Origin: Methyloligellaceae bacterium
GTDB lineage: Bacteria > Pseudomonadota > Alphaproteobacteria > Rhizobiales > CBDHHC01
NCBI GenBank assembly: GCA_050633205.1
Contig: JBOEGA010000010.1
Location: forward strand, 6,415 to 70,414
DNA length: 64,000 nucleotides
Reading direction: 5' to 3'
Position 1 is the first letter of the stretch; the number at the start of each line of letters is the position of its first letter. A program made the position numbers and the translations under genes. Below are positions 30,255 to 40,298 of this stretch, one piece after another. The notes under the pieces are model-generated. The model saw only the letters and a list, made by a program, of their open reading frames with translations. It searched no databases and was not told where the DNA came from.

Positions 30255-30388
30255 ATATTGCGAGGCTGAAATGGCTTTTGGAGATGTGGGTTTGTTTGTG
30301 GTGGCTCCACCACCATCCCCCGCCTTGCGGGTACTTCCCCCATCAAGGGAGAAGAGGGTACGGCTCGGTTTATAGAAGGAGTTCGGGT

Positions 30389-33300
30389 ATGACGCTGGTT
30401 GCTATTAAGACAGAGACGGATCGGCTTCAGTCGCTTGCTTCCAATGCGGGGGTGTCTGCGTGGGTTTCGGCTAATGCGGGGACGGGTAAGACTTATGTGC
30501 TTGTGCAACGGGTTTTGCGGTTGCTTTTGACTGGTGTTGAGCCTGAGCGGATTTTGTGTCTGACATTTACCAAGGCTGCGGCTTCGGAGATGGCGAACAG
30601 GTTGTTTGACAAGCTGGGTGGCTGGGCGACGACTTCTGATGAGGATTTGAGGAAGACGCTTTCAGGACTGCTGGGGCAGGCGCCGACAGATGAGCAGATG
30701 GCTCAGGCACGGCGATTATTTGCCCGTGCGCTGGAAACACCGGGTGGTCTTAAGGTTCAGACTATTCATGCGTTTTGTGAGCGGCTGCTGAAGCGGTTTC
30801 CACTTGAGGCGGGGATTGCTCCGCACTTTAACATTATGGATGTTGAGGGTGAGCGGGAACTGCGCAAGCTTTGCATGGATCAGGTTTTTCGGACGGCACT
30901 TCAGGACAGTGAAAGTGCCTTGGGGAAATCACTGCACACGGTGATCGCCTATGCCGGAGAAGAGCGGTTTGATGCTATTCTGAAGATGGTGCTTTATAAG
31001 CGTTCTGAACTTGAGCAGGCTTATAGCCGGGCATTAGAGCTTAATCCTGATGATATTTACCAGTCCCTGAAGAAAGATTTGTGTGGCAGTTTTTATCTGC
31101 CGGATAATCTGACTGTTGCGGGTGTTATTGCTGATGGTAATGATTTGATCAGTGATGATGATATTGACCGCTGTGCGGAGACATTGCTTCGGGGCAAGAA
31201 GACGGATCAGGAGATTGCAAATAACCTGCTGGCTGCACAACGGGCGCTTGATCCGGTATCGCGTTATCAGGCTTTGGCGAAAACGCTGCTGACATTGTCC
31301 GGTGAGCCGCGCAGTGACAAAAGATTTATTACGAAGCAGATCAGGGAAGACCGACCTGATGTGCTTATGACGATGACCGAGGCGCGGGACACTTTTCATA
31401 CGATTAATATTACACTTGAAGGATTGCGCGTTGTTGAAGCCAGTACTGCACTGGTTATTCTGGCTGATGCCGTTATGCAGGCCTATGTTGACGGCAAAGC
31501 TGCGCGGTCGGCGCTGGATTTTGATGATCTGATTATCAAGTCATCGGATCTTTTGTGTCATTCGGATATGGCATCCTGGGTTTTGTATAAACTCGATGGT
31601 GGCATTGATCATATTCTGGTGGATGAGGCGCAGGATACGAGCCCGCAGGCATGGAAAGTTATTATGTCCCTGGCAGAAGAGTTCTTTGCAGGTGCAGCCG
31701 CACGAGAGGATGTGCGAACTGTTTTTGCTGTGGGGGATGAGAAGCAGTCTATTTACGGATTTCAGGGGGCAGAGCCGAAGAAGTTTGCCGAGATGGGTAA
31801 TCTGTTTGAGAGGCAGGCTTTGGCTGCACAGCTTGAATGGCACCGCATTCCATTGACGCTTTCATTCCGCTCCACGGCTCCTGTTCTGAATGGTGTTGAC
31901 CATGTGTTTGGTGAAGAGGATGCGCTTAAGGGGCTGACTGCGGATGAGACCCAGGTCAAGCATTTTGCGTTTCGTGACGGACAATCGGGACTGATTGAAA
32001 TATGGGATACAGAGAAACCGGAAGATAGTGATCCGACTGATCCGTTTGACCCTCAGGAAGAAGAGTTATCTGACGAGCCTCCTGTTAAACTTGCAAACAG
32101 GATCGCGGATCAGATTGCCTACTGGCTTGATAATGAGACGGAGCTGCCGTCTCGTGGTGGGCCAATTACTGCGGGTGATATTATTATTCTGGTGCGGAAA
32201 CGGAACCCGTTTGTTGCCCCCATGATCAGGGCACTGAAGGCGCGAAATATTCCAGTGGCCGGAGCTGACCGGATCAAGATTACTGAACAGCTTGCGGTTA
32301 TGGATTTGCTGGCGCTTGGTGATTTTCTTTTGATGCCTGAGGATGATCTTGCACTTGCAACGGTTATGAAGAGTCCGTTTTTTGATTTTACGGATGATGA
32401 CCTTTTGACATTTGGTTATGAACGGAGGGCTTCACTCTGGGAGGCTTTGACGAAGGGGACAGACCTTGATCCGTCATATGAAGAGGCTGTTGTTACAATT
32501 AAGCAGTGGCTTGCCCGGGCTGACCTTGTGCCGCCATACGAGTTTTTTGCAGGGGTATTACTGACGCGAGAGAGGCGTTCGCGGATTATCAGCCGCCTTG
32601 GGCCAGAGGCCGGGGATGCTATGGATGAATTTCTCAATATGGCAATTCAGTATGACGATTCTCACCCGCCGTCTCTGCAGGGGTTTCTTTCATGGATGCG
32701 CAATGCTGATGCGGAGATCAAGCGGGATATGGAACAGGGGCGCAATGAAATCCGGATTATGACCGTTCATGGTGCCAAGGGACTTGAGGCAGAGATTGTG
32801 TTTATGCCGGATACCTGTTCCCAAAGAGGGGCGCAGGCTTCGCAAAGTGTTCTGGATGTTGTGCCAGATGCAGAGAATGATGGCCGGAGCCAGTTGCTGT
32901 GGTCGTTACCTGGAACAAAGCAGCAGGAGATCATCAATGATGCCCGTGATGAAATTTCCCAGGCTGACCGGGAGGAATATAACCGGTTGCTTTATGTGGC
33001 GATGACACGGGCACGGGACCGACTTTATGTCTGTGGTTTCGAGAGCAAAAGAGGCCGTGATAAAGGCTGCTGGTATGACCTGATTTATGATGGGCTGGAG
33101 TTGAATTTAAAGACGACTAAAGATCATCGGGGGAATACGGTCTGGCAGTATGGCAGTGAGCAGCGGGATGCTCCTGACAGGCCTAGCAGTTCTGTGGAAG
33201 AACGTGAAGATGCAATTATTCCACCTGAATGGGCCGCGAGGAAGGCACCGGGTGAACCTGTCCGGTCAATTCCGGTTTCGCCCTCTACAATTATTCCGCT

Positions 33301-33919
33301 GGAGGTTGAGGAAGATCAGGAAATTGATCATGGAGACCAGATTGCAATTTCTCCGGGTAAACTGAGCGACAACAACCGTTTTCTTCGCGGTTCATTAACG
33401 CATGCACTTTTGGAGCATTTACCGGAAATTGACGTGAATCTATGGGAACGGGCTGCGGAAAAACTCGTGAATATACGTGCATCAGGCGTGAATCAGGCGT
33501 TAAGAGACGGTATTGTTCGCGAGACCCTAGAAGTGTTGCGAAGCCCGGAATTCGGGGCGCTGTTTGGTCCGGGCAGTCAGGCGGAAGTTTCACTGGTGGC
33601 CAAGATTCCGGAAGCTGAAACTGGCGGGAATCCGGTGACAATTGCCGGACAAGTGGACCGAATGGTCGTTCTTGATGATGAAGTTCTGCTGGTTGATTAT
33701 AAAACGAACCGCCCTCCACCACATAATGTTGAAGATGTCGCGGAAACCTACATCATGCAGCTTTTTGCTTACAAGCGCGCTATTAAAGAAATTTATACTG
33801 ATAAATCAGTCAGATGCGCGTTGTTGTGGACTGATGGACCTCGATTAATGGAAATTCCATCACATATAATTGACGCCAAACAGGCAGAACTTGTGCGTGT
33901 GGGACAGCGTCGTACTTGA
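30389..33919 (+). CDS. addA: double-strand break repair helicase AddA (UvrD/Rep-type helicase plus C-terminal nuclease)
   Basis: Start moved to MTLVAIKTETDRL... (AAGGAG upstream). The 37-codon track extension (MEMWVCLWW...) looks non-coding. Walker A SANAGTGKTYVL, VDEAQDTS, TVHGAKGLE and LLYVAMTRARDRL are present, and the C-terminal LVDYKTN is a nuclease motif. Confidence 0.92.
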   Translation: MTLVAIKTETDRLQSLASNAGVSAWVSANAGTGKTYVLVQRVLRLLLTGVEPERILCLTFTKAAASEMANRLFDKLGGWATTSDEDLRKTLSGLLGQAPTDEQMAQARRLFARALETPGGLKVQTIHAFCERLLKRFPLEAGIAPHFNIMDVEGERELRKLCMDQVFRTALQDSESALGKSLHTVIAYAGEERFDAILKMVLYKRSELEQAYSRALELNPDDIYQSLKKDLCGSFYLPDNLTVAGVIADGNDLISDDDIDRCAETLLRGKKTDQEIANNLLAAQRALDPVSRYQALAKTLLTLSGEPRSDKRFITKQIREDRPDVLMTMTEARDTFHTINITLEGLRVVEASTALVILADAVMQAYVDGKAARSALDFDDLIIKSSDLLCHSDMASWVLYKLDGGIDHILVDEAQDTSPQAWKVIMSLAEEFFAGAAAREDVRTVFAVGDEKQSIYGFQGAEPKKFAEMGNLFERQALAAQLEWHRIPLTLSFRSTAPVLNGVDHVFGEEDALKGLTADETQVKHFAFRDGQSGLIEIWDTEKPEDSDPTDPFDPQEEELSDEPPVKLANRIADQIAYWLDNETELPSRGGPITAGDIIILVRKRNPFVAPMIRALKARNIPVAGADRIKITEQLAVMDLLALGDFLLMPEDDLALATVMKSPFFDFTDDDLLTFGYERRASLWEALTKGTDLDPSYEEAVVTIKQWLARADLVPPYEFFAGVLLTRERRSRIISRLGPEAGDAMDEFLNMAIQYDDSHPPSLQGFLSWMRNADAEIKRDMEQGRNEIRIMTVHGAKGLEAEIVFMPDTCSQRGAQASQSVLDVVPDAENDGRSQLLWSLPGTKQQEIINDARDEISQADREEYNRLLYVAMTRARDRLYVCGFESKRGRDKGCWYDLIYDGLELNLKTTKDHRGNTVWQYGSEQRDAPDRPSSSVEEREDAIIPPEWAARKAPGEPVRSIPVSPSTIIPLEVEEDQEIDHGDQIAISPGKLSDNNRFLRGSLTHALLEHLPEIDVNLWERAAEKLVNIRASGVNQALRDGIVRETLEVLRSPEFGALFGPGSQAEVSLVAKIPEAETGGNPVTIAGQVDRMVVLDDEVLLVDYKTNRPPPHNVEDVAETYIMQLFAYKRAIKEIYTDKSVRCALLWTDGPRLMEIPSHIIDAKQAELVRVGQRRT

Positions 33920-34005
33920 CGTGAGCAGATTACGTTCTTACTTTCGGGGTGAATAATTTCCGGCCATATTATGGCGGAACTGGATAATTGAAAGAGAGGT
34001 TCCCT

Positions 34006-34329
34006 ATGGCAACTGTAAATGTGTCCGACGCGACATTTGAAGAGGAAGTACTAAAATCCTCTGAGCCAGTTGTGGTTGATTTCTGGGCTGAATGGTGTGG
34101 TCCATGTAAACAGATCGCTCCTGCACTGGAAGAGCTTTCGAACGAGCTTGCAGGCAAAGTTAAAATTGCCAAGATGGACATGGAAGCAAACGAGAAAATC
34201 CCTCAGGAACTGGGCATTATGAACCTTCCTACAATGCTTTTGTTCAAGGATGGCAAAGTGGTTGATACCAAAATTGGTTCATCTCCCAAAACAGCTATCG
34301 AGAAATGGATTAACGAAGCTATTGCTTAA
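34006..34329 (+). CDS. trxA: thioredoxin
   Basis: WAEWCGPCK active site. About 107 aa from MATVNVSD (AGAGAGG SD upstream). Its position after addA is conserved in alphaproteobacteria. Confidence 0.93.
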   Translation: MATVNVSDATFEEEVLKSSEPVVVDFWAEWCGPCKQIAPALEELSNELAGKVKIAKMDMEANEKIPQELGIMNLPTMLLFKDGKVVDTKIGSSPKTAIEKWINEAIA

Positions 34330-34415
34330 TCCCCTAGGTTATCAAAGATAATCTATCTTTTGCGTTCAAGCGCCACGCAGGCTGCGCGCCTCAATGGCGC
34401 TAGTCCTCAGAAAAG

Positions 34416-34439
34416 TTTGAGAAATTTTCTCAAATTTTT
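34416..34439 (+). terminator. AT-rich hairpin plus T-run, possible trxA terminator
   Basis: TTTGAGAAA-T-TTTCTCAAA palindrome (34416-34434) followed by TTTTT (34435-39). The stem is weak (AT-rich with a very short loop). Confidence 0.4.
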
Positions 34440-34603
34440 CATCGTCCATCAAACAACAGATGAGTTATCCTCAATGTTGTCAGATAATAATACCCCTTTT
34501 CAAAAATAGTGGTAGAATCAGGCTCTGGGTTTTCTCAGGGCCTTTTTTTGTATGCATTTTAGCTATACAATGCGCGGTTCCTTCAACAACAGCGAGGAAC
34601 TAT

Positions 34604-35212
34604 ATGGATAATTTGCAATTCATTCGCATTATTAGAAGCAACCCTGTTTTCGATACCCTTATTGAACGTTTGCCGGAACTGGAGCTCAAAGATGTCTGGA
34701 TCGCCTCCGGTGCGCTGTTTCAGACGGCCTGGAACCATTTGACTGACAGAGACCCTGAATATGGTATCAAGGATTACGATATCATCTATTATGACGCCTC
34801 TGATCTGTCATGGGAGACTGAAGACCGTGTCATTACTGATGCGGCAGACATGTTCAAGGATCTGGATGCTGATCTGGAAGTTAAAAATCAGGCAAGAGTG
34901 CCGATCTGGTTTCCTGAAAAGTTTGGAAAGCCTTATCCACCGCTAAAACAATCACGGAAATTTATTAATCGTTTTCTGGCAACTGTCTGCGTTATTGGTA
35001 TTCAGCCGAAAAAAGACTGTATCAATGTTCATGCGCCATATGGCTTTGTTGATGTGAGTAATATGTATATCAGGCCAAATCTGACATCGACTTTTCAACC
35101 TGGAATTTACCTGAGCAAGATGAACAGGTGGAGGGAATCATGGCCGGAATTACAAACCGATGATCAGGGCAAGAAGGTTTATCTTAAATATTGCCATGAC
35201 GGCGACACATAA
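34604..35212 (+). CDS. nucleotidyltransferase-family protein (DUF925/NTP_transf_6-like)
   Basis: Start moved to MDNLQFIR (GAGGA upstream). VWIASGALFQTAWNHL...YDIIYYD fits the family pattern W-I-x-x-G-x-x-x-N-x-x-W-(D/N)-x-L...D-(I/V)-D-(V/I)-x-Y-(F/Y)-D. Confidence 0.6.
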   Translation: MDNLQFIRIIRSNPVFDTLIERLPELELKDVWIASGALFQTAWNHLTDRDPEYGIKDYDIIYYDASDLSWETEDRVITDAADMFKDLDADLEVKNQARVPIWFPEKFGKPYPPLKQSRKFINRFLATVCVIGIQPKKDCINVHAPYGFVDVSNMYIRPNLTSTFQPGIYLSKMNRWRESWPELQTDDQGKKVYLKYCHDGDT

Positions 35213-35573
35213 ACTTTACCTTTGCAAGGCTCGCTGAATCCGTGCCTACCTGCCCGCGTTTCAGGGCAGGCGGGTTTGATTGCTCAATAAGTTCCATATA
35301 ATAAGGGTATTCAGACGCTGAGCTGCTTTTTGTGCTGGCATGGCCACAGACATGCAGTCCAGCCTCGCCAGGGTGCTTTTTAACGCGATATGGGCCCAGC
35401 TTAACCGAGGAAGCCAAAACCTGCTGTACACCCTCCTTAACAGCCTTCTCCTGCCCACTGGAGAGTTTTGCAGCGTCTTTTTTGCCAACACTGGCTGACG
35501 GGGGCAGTATGCGCGCATTACAGCCTGTCAGAAGCGCTATCAGAGTTGCTGCTATGAGAATGTTGACCTTCAA
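35184..35573 (-). CDS. lipoprotein, function unknown
   Basis: MKVNILIAATLIALLTGC lipobox. Its 3' end overlaps the 34604 gene by 29 nt (convergent). Confidence 0.55.
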   Translation of the reverse strand: MKVNILIAATLIALLTGCNARILPPSASVGKKDAAKLSSGQEKAVKEGVQQVLASSVKLGPYRVKKHPGEAGLHVCGHASTKSSSASEYPYYMELIEQSNPPALKRGQVGTDSASLAKVKFMCRRHGNI

Positions 35574-35642
35574 CGGTTCATCCTTCTTTAGAGATCAGAA
35601 TTAGGCCTGTCTTAGCAATGATTTATGGAAATGTGAAGGCGT

Positions 35643-36281
35643 TTACAGTTTTGGTATGGGTATATCCTGTGAAGCGTCCGGAATTTTGTAACCTGCCTGA
35701 AATGCAGCTCTTTCAGCCAGTTGCAGGTACCAACGGTGGATATTGCCGTATTCAGTCATATCAATCTGATGGAACTCATAGCGGCTGATCCAGGGCCATA
35801 TGGCGGTGTCAGCAATTGATATATCTGTTCCTGCTACGAAGTCCCGACCTTCAAGCCTGTTATTCAATTCTTTATAGATGCGCTTAGCCTGAGTATGAAA
35901 GCGTTCCTCAGCATATGGAGACTTGCCCGGATTGAATTTCAGGAAATGATGCGCCTGCCCCAGCATTGGCCCCTGAGCTGCTGCCTGCCACATGAGCCAC
36001 TGGATTGTTTCCCATCTGGCTTTTTCTTCAGTTGGCAGGAGTTTTTTACTTTTTTCAGCCAGATAGATTGCGATTGCGGCCGATTCTACAAGGTTGAATC
36101 CTGTTTCATCATCGAAAATTGCGGGAATTGCATTATGAGGACTGATTTTGAGAAATTCAGGATCATGCTGCTGGCCCTCGGAAAGGTTAACCGGATGAAC
36201 CTGATAGGGTATGGCCATTTCCTCCAGCGCAATGGAAATCTTGCGCCCATTCGGTGTTGACCAAGTGTACAGATGTATCAT
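35643..36281 (-). CDS. glutathione S-transferase-family protein (YfcG/Nu-class-like)
   Basis: Start moved to MIHLYTWSTPNGRKISIALEE (GGGAGA upstream). The N-terminus closely parallels the YfcG-type pattern (TPNG.K....LEE......V.L..G.Q..PEFL.ISP.N.IPAI). Confidence 0.78.
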   Translation of the reverse strand: MIHLYTWSTPNGRKISIALEEMAIPYQVHPVNLSEGQQHDPEFLKISPHNAIPAIFDDETGFNLVESAAIAIYLAEKSKKLLPTEEKARWETIQWLMWQAAAQGPMLGQAHHFLKFNPGKSPYAEERFHTQAKRIYKELNNRLEGRDFVAGTDISIADTAIWPWISRYEFHQIDMTEYGNIHRWYLQLAERAAFQAGYKIPDASQDIPIPKL

Positions 36282-36426
36282 TGCAGCTTTCTCCCTGTTC
36301 ATCTTTATAAACAAGCCGTTTACAAAATTTACCATAACATCTTTTTAAGCCTGTTCTGTTAGATTTTATTCAGAAAAAGTCTGGGTGGACAGGCTTTTGT
36401 TTCAATTTACGAATGTGTTTTAGTGA

Positions 36427-38676
36427 ATGTCTGATTACGCAGAACATGGGCAGGCGCCTGCATCTTCCAAAAGTTCGAACTCTCTGTTGCTTATCAGCTT
36501 TATGAGTTCGCTGTTTCTCAGCGCAATGCTGCTTTTTGCCATTCAGCCTATGTTTGCGAAAATGGTATTGCCACGACTTGGTGGTGCGCCTGCTGTGTGG
36601 TCTGTGGCTATGTGCTTTTTTCAGGCAATGCTCCTTGCCGGTTATGCCTATGCGCACGGCCTTATCCGGTGGTTTGGCCTGCGAAAGGGTATTTCCATTC
36701 ATATGGTTGTGCTTTTTCTTGCGATTACCACACTTCCAATCGGTATTGCAGCAGGTTGGGATAGTCCTCCTGAAACGGGTATTCGCCTCTGGGTTGTCGG
36801 ATTGCTGACATTTTCTATTGGACTGCCGTTTTTTGCCTTGTCTGGTAATGGACCTCTATTGCAAGCCTGGTTTTCACGTTCGGACCATCATCATGCGAAT
36901 GATCCGTATTTTCTTTATGGAGCCAGTAATTTTGGCAGTTTACTGGCGTTGCTGTGTTATCCGGTTCTGCTGGAACCCAATCTCAGGCTTAATGAACAAA
37001 GCATGGCATGGTCATCAGGGTTTATTGTACTGACTATCCTGGTGGGCCTTTCTGCGATGTTAATCTGGAATAACGGGCGGGCTGTTCAGAAAACACAGGA
37101 GACTGAGACTAAAACTGAAGATTTTGGCTGGGTTCGCCGTATAAGCTGGGTTTTACTGGCTTTTATACCATCGGCTCTGCTTGTTGCAGTTACCAATCAT
37201 ATTACTACTGATGTAGCCGCTGCCCCGTTTATGTGGATTGCTCCGCTTTCTCTATATCTGATAACATTTATTATTACATTCCAGCGCAAGCCAATTCTCA
37301 GCCAGAAGCTTATGGTACTGGTTCAGCCGTTTCTAATCGGCGGGTTGCTGGCGAGTATATTGTTCCCAATATCGAAGTTCTGGCTGGTTTTCCTTTGTAT
37401 TCACCTGCTGGCATTTTTTGTAACGGCTATGGTTTGTCACGGGCGATTGGTAGAGCTACGCCCCAAGGCGAAGGATCTGACCGAGTTTTATCTCTGGATG
37501 TCTTTTGGCGGGATGCTTGGCGGATTGTTTGCCGGGCTGGTTGCTCCTTATGTGTTCTCTACAGTCGTAGAATATCCTCTGCTGATTGTGCTGGGTCTGC
37601 TGGCAAGGCCGGGCATTACTTCTTTGACTAAAATGGCAACTTTACGCCAGATATTGATTATAGCTCTGTCCATAATAGCTATTACGGGAATAGCCTATCT
37701 GGTGAATTACGTGCACCAGGGTGAGGTTATAGCCAAACTTCCTGCGGCTTATATTATTATCTGCGCCCTGCTTATTACGGCTGTGATTGGTTCCAGGCAG
37801 ACCCCGTTGTGGATGGCTGGATTTCTGGCGGCTGCCTTTATCAGTGGTCCTCTATTACAGCCTAATGCCAGTAAAAAAGAGAGTTTTCGCGGCTTTTTTG
37901 GTGTGAATTATGTTTCTGAATCCTCTGATGGAAAGTACCGGCTGTTAACTCATGGAACAACTCTTCACGGGGCTCAGAAGATTGATGGGGCATCTCCCCC
38001 CGAACCTCTGACCTACTACCATTATGACAGTGCTTTTGCAGATGCGTTCAAGGTTTTAAGGAAAGACCGTGAGTTAAAAACTGTTGGTATTGTGGGGCTT
38101 GGGGCTGGAAGTCTGGCCTGTTACAAGCGCCCGGATGAGCTATGGACTTTTTATGAAATTGATCCGCTTGTGGTGCAGATCGCGTCTGACAGCTCCCGAT
38201 ATACATTTCTTTCAGATTGTGCGCCCAAGGCTCCGGTTATTATCGGAGATGCCAGGCTGACATTGCAGAAAGACAAAAAACTCAAGTTTGATTTTCTGGT
38301 TATTGATGCATTTTCTTCAGATGTGGTGCCTGTTCACCTGCTGACTGTTGAAGCACTGAAAATGTATGAGGCCAAGCTGAATGAAAACGGGGTTTTGCTG
38401 CTTCATATATCCAACCGCAATATGAATCTGGCTCCGGTGGTGAGTGCTTTAGCCAAGAAAGCCGGATTTTCCGGTATGATCGGGTTGAAAGAGCCAAAGA
38501 AGGATGCCGGAAGATATAAAACGGCTGCCAAGGTTGCTGTTCTGGCTAAAAATGCGGAGAGTTTAAAAGGATTTCAGGGGTTAGAAGACTGGTCTCCATT
38601 GCCAGAGCCGTCAGCCAAGGTCTGGAAGGATGATTATTCAGATGTTCTTGGGGTGATACTTGAGGGGCTTTATTAA
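36427..38676 (+). CDS. fused polytopic membrane / spermidine-synthase-like methyltransferase-fold protein
   Basis: About 500 aa of TM helices, followed by a C-terminal Rossmann-like segment VGIVGLGAGSLACY...FDFLVIDAFSSD. Confidence 0.7.
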   Translation: MSDYAEHGQAPASSKSSNSLLLISFMSSLFLSAMLLFAIQPMFAKMVLPRLGGAPAVWSVAMCFFQAMLLAGYAYAHGLIRWFGLRKGISIHMVVLFLAITTLPIGIAAGWDSPPETGIRLWVVGLLTFSIGLPFFALSGNGPLLQAWFSRSDHHHANDPYFLYGASNFGSLLALLCYPVLLEPNLRLNEQSMAWSSGFIVLTILVGLSAMLIWNNGRAVQKTQETETKTEDFGWVRRISWVLLAFIPSALLVAVTNHITTDVAAAPFMWIAPLSLYLITFIITFQRKPILSQKLMVLVQPFLIGGLLASILFPISKFWLVFLCIHLLAFFVTAMVCHGRLVELRPKAKDLTEFYLWMSFGGMLGGLFAGLVAPYVFSTVVEYPLLIVLGLLARPGITSLTKMATLRQILIIALSIIAITGIAYLVNYVHQGEVIAKLPAAYIIICALLITAVIGSRQTPLWMAGFLAAAFISGPLLQPNASKKESFRGFFGVNYVSESSDGKYRLLTHGTTLHGAQKIDGASPPEPLTYYHYDSAFADAFKVLRKDRELKTVGIVGLGAGSLACYKRPDELWTFYEIDPLVVQIASDSSRYTFLSDCAPKAPVIIGDARLTLQKDKKLKFDFLVIDAFSSDVVPVHLLTVEALKMYEAKLNENGVLLLHISNRNMNLAPVVSALAKKAGFSGMIGLKEPKKDAGRYKTAAKVAVLAKNAESLKGFQGLEDWSPLPEPSAKVWKDDYSDVLGVILEGLY

Positions 38677-38699
38677 AAAGCCCCTGCAAAATGATGTTC

Positions 38700-40274
38700 T
38701 TAGCGGCTAGCAATTCTTCTATAGGCGTCAAAACCTGCCATAAGCACGTTGAAGAGCCTTTTTGCAGATTCCTTACCACCTTCTGCAGTTAATGCGCGGT
38801 GATCATCTGTTGCCTTTTTAGGAGATGCGTGAACCCATGCATGAATACCACATGCTCCTCCCATTGCCTGCGACCAGTCCCAGAAATATACGGCAGATCC
38901 GGCAGCGGCTCTACGCATAGCCCTTCTTACCGGATCAAGATTTAATGGCGGATGCCAACGGGCAAGTCTTGAACTCTTATTGTTCATCAAGGTGTTGTAT
39001 TCCCTGATTTCCTCTTTGCTCAACGCACTGCATGTAGATGAAGAGCTGCCTGAGCGTCTTGCAAAATCTGGCAGGAATGCTGCATCAGGCGGGCCTATAA
39101 CCATTACTGAAGCTTCCGGAGCCAGACTTTTGAAAATCTGAACCAGCTGGTTGAATTTCTTTTCATAGGCCTTTGCATCTGTAATAGGGTCAAAACCTTC
39201 ATTTGTGCCGTAATTTAATATAATCAGGCTTGGTTTCAGGCTCTGAATATCGCGCTGAACAAATTCAGCATCCAAATTTTGTACAAAACCTACTGTAGCC
39301 CCCGGAACGCCAAGATTTACGTATCTTACACCCGGCTTGTCGTGACCAGACTGCCATGACATGACTGTGATAGGCTTCCCACCTTCAGGAAAAACACTGA
39401 TAGAGCTTGCGGTTTTTGGAAAACGGACGCGCCTCATACCATATTGCAGAGTATTGGTTTCTATTATCTGCTGGTGTGAACCATCGGGGCCCTGCGCCCA
39501 AACAATTGCCCTTCCATATTCAGGACCTGTAAAGAAGCTGATTTCAGCCCATGCAAATGGTGAGCCTGTGCTGTTAAACTGTACAGATGCGTTTGGATCG
39601 GACGAGGTATAGGTCACGCCTGTTAAGCCAAACAACTCACCTTTTTTACCGGAAAGGCTGTTTTTAACTTCCCACTTTCCTGTGCTTGCGATACGGATGC
39701 CACGCGCTCTGAAAAACGGAAAAACCGGGCCTGGCATCGTCATGCCTCTGCCACTGTTACCAAAGCGGGCCTGAAACATTTCACGAAGATCACCAGTGAA
39801 CTTATCCCGCGCAATATGTTCATCTCCAAGGTGAAGAATAGTAACAGGTTCATTGCGCTTGCCTGTACTCACATCACCAAGGGCTCTAAAGAATTTTGCC
39901 AGACCGATTTTAATCGGGGTGTCTTTTATAAGGTTAATTGTACCTGAGGGCTGAGGAGGCAGATCTATGATTGTCGGAGTGATCTTCTCCGTCTTAGCGA
40001 GTTTTGTCGGGGAATTCTTTTTGGGAAGCATTCTTTTCAATGCTTCTATGTCATCAGCAACTTTTTTCTGGCGTATAGGAAGCTGATCCGCTTTCCGAAC
40101 TCTATTAACCTGCCTGGAGGTATCATTGGCAAAAGCCGCATCCTGCCCGATCATGACCATAGCACACAAAACAGCAGAACAAACTCTCAGCACACTACCT
40201 ATTGTATATAGAGGCACTTGCCCGTTTTTATCTTTTTTATTTATTATTTTATTCGACCACATACCCAACACCAC
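38700..40274 (-). CDS. SGNH/GDSL-hydrolase-like exported protein (putative)
   Basis: N-terminal signal/anchor. Block-III-like LIILNYGTNEG. The block-I position reads ILHLGDEHI (Glu where the Ser nucleophile is expected). It sits in a cluster with a second SGNH-like gene and two lytic transglycosylases. Confidence 0.5.
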   Translation of the reverse strand: MVLGMWSNKIINKKDKNGQVPLYTIGSVLRVCSAVLCAMVMIGQDAAFANDTSRQVNRVRKADQLPIRQKKVADDIEALKRMLPKKNSPTKLAKTEKITPTIIDLPPQPSGTINLIKDTPIKIGLAKFFRALGDVSTGKRNEPVTILHLGDEHIARDKFTGDLREMFQARFGNSGRGMTMPGPVFPFFRARGIRIASTGKWEVKNSLSGKKGELFGLTGVTYTSSDPNASVQFNSTGSPFAWAEISFFTGPEYGRAIVWAQGPDGSHQQIIETNTLQYGMRRVRFPKTASSISVFPEGGKPITVMSWQSGHDKPGVRYVNLGVPGATVGFVQNLDAEFVQRDIQSLKPSLIILNYGTNEGFDPITDAKAYEKKFNQLVQIFKSLAPEASVMVIGPPDAAFLPDFARRSGSSSSTCSALSKEEIREYNTLMNNKSSRLARWHPPLNLDPVRRAMRRAAAGSAVYFWDWSQAMGGACGIHAWVHASPKKATDDHRALTAEGGKESAKRLFNVLMAGFDAYRRIASR

Positions 40275-40298
40275 CTACTAAATGCCCGAAATATTAAC

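Noticed and set aside
30278-30388. 37-codon N-terminal extension of addA in the track (MEMWVCLWWLHHHPPPCGYFPHQ...)
   Set aside because: The composition is implausible. The conserved AddA N-terminus begins at the ATG at 30389, which has an AAGGAG SD. The extension covers hairpin-rich spacer DNA.
29164-30388. Prophage or integrative element around the KilA-N-like gene
   Set aside because: It is a single gene. There is no integrase, repressor, structural genes, tRNA or clear att repeats. I treat it as an isolated insertion, not a prophage.
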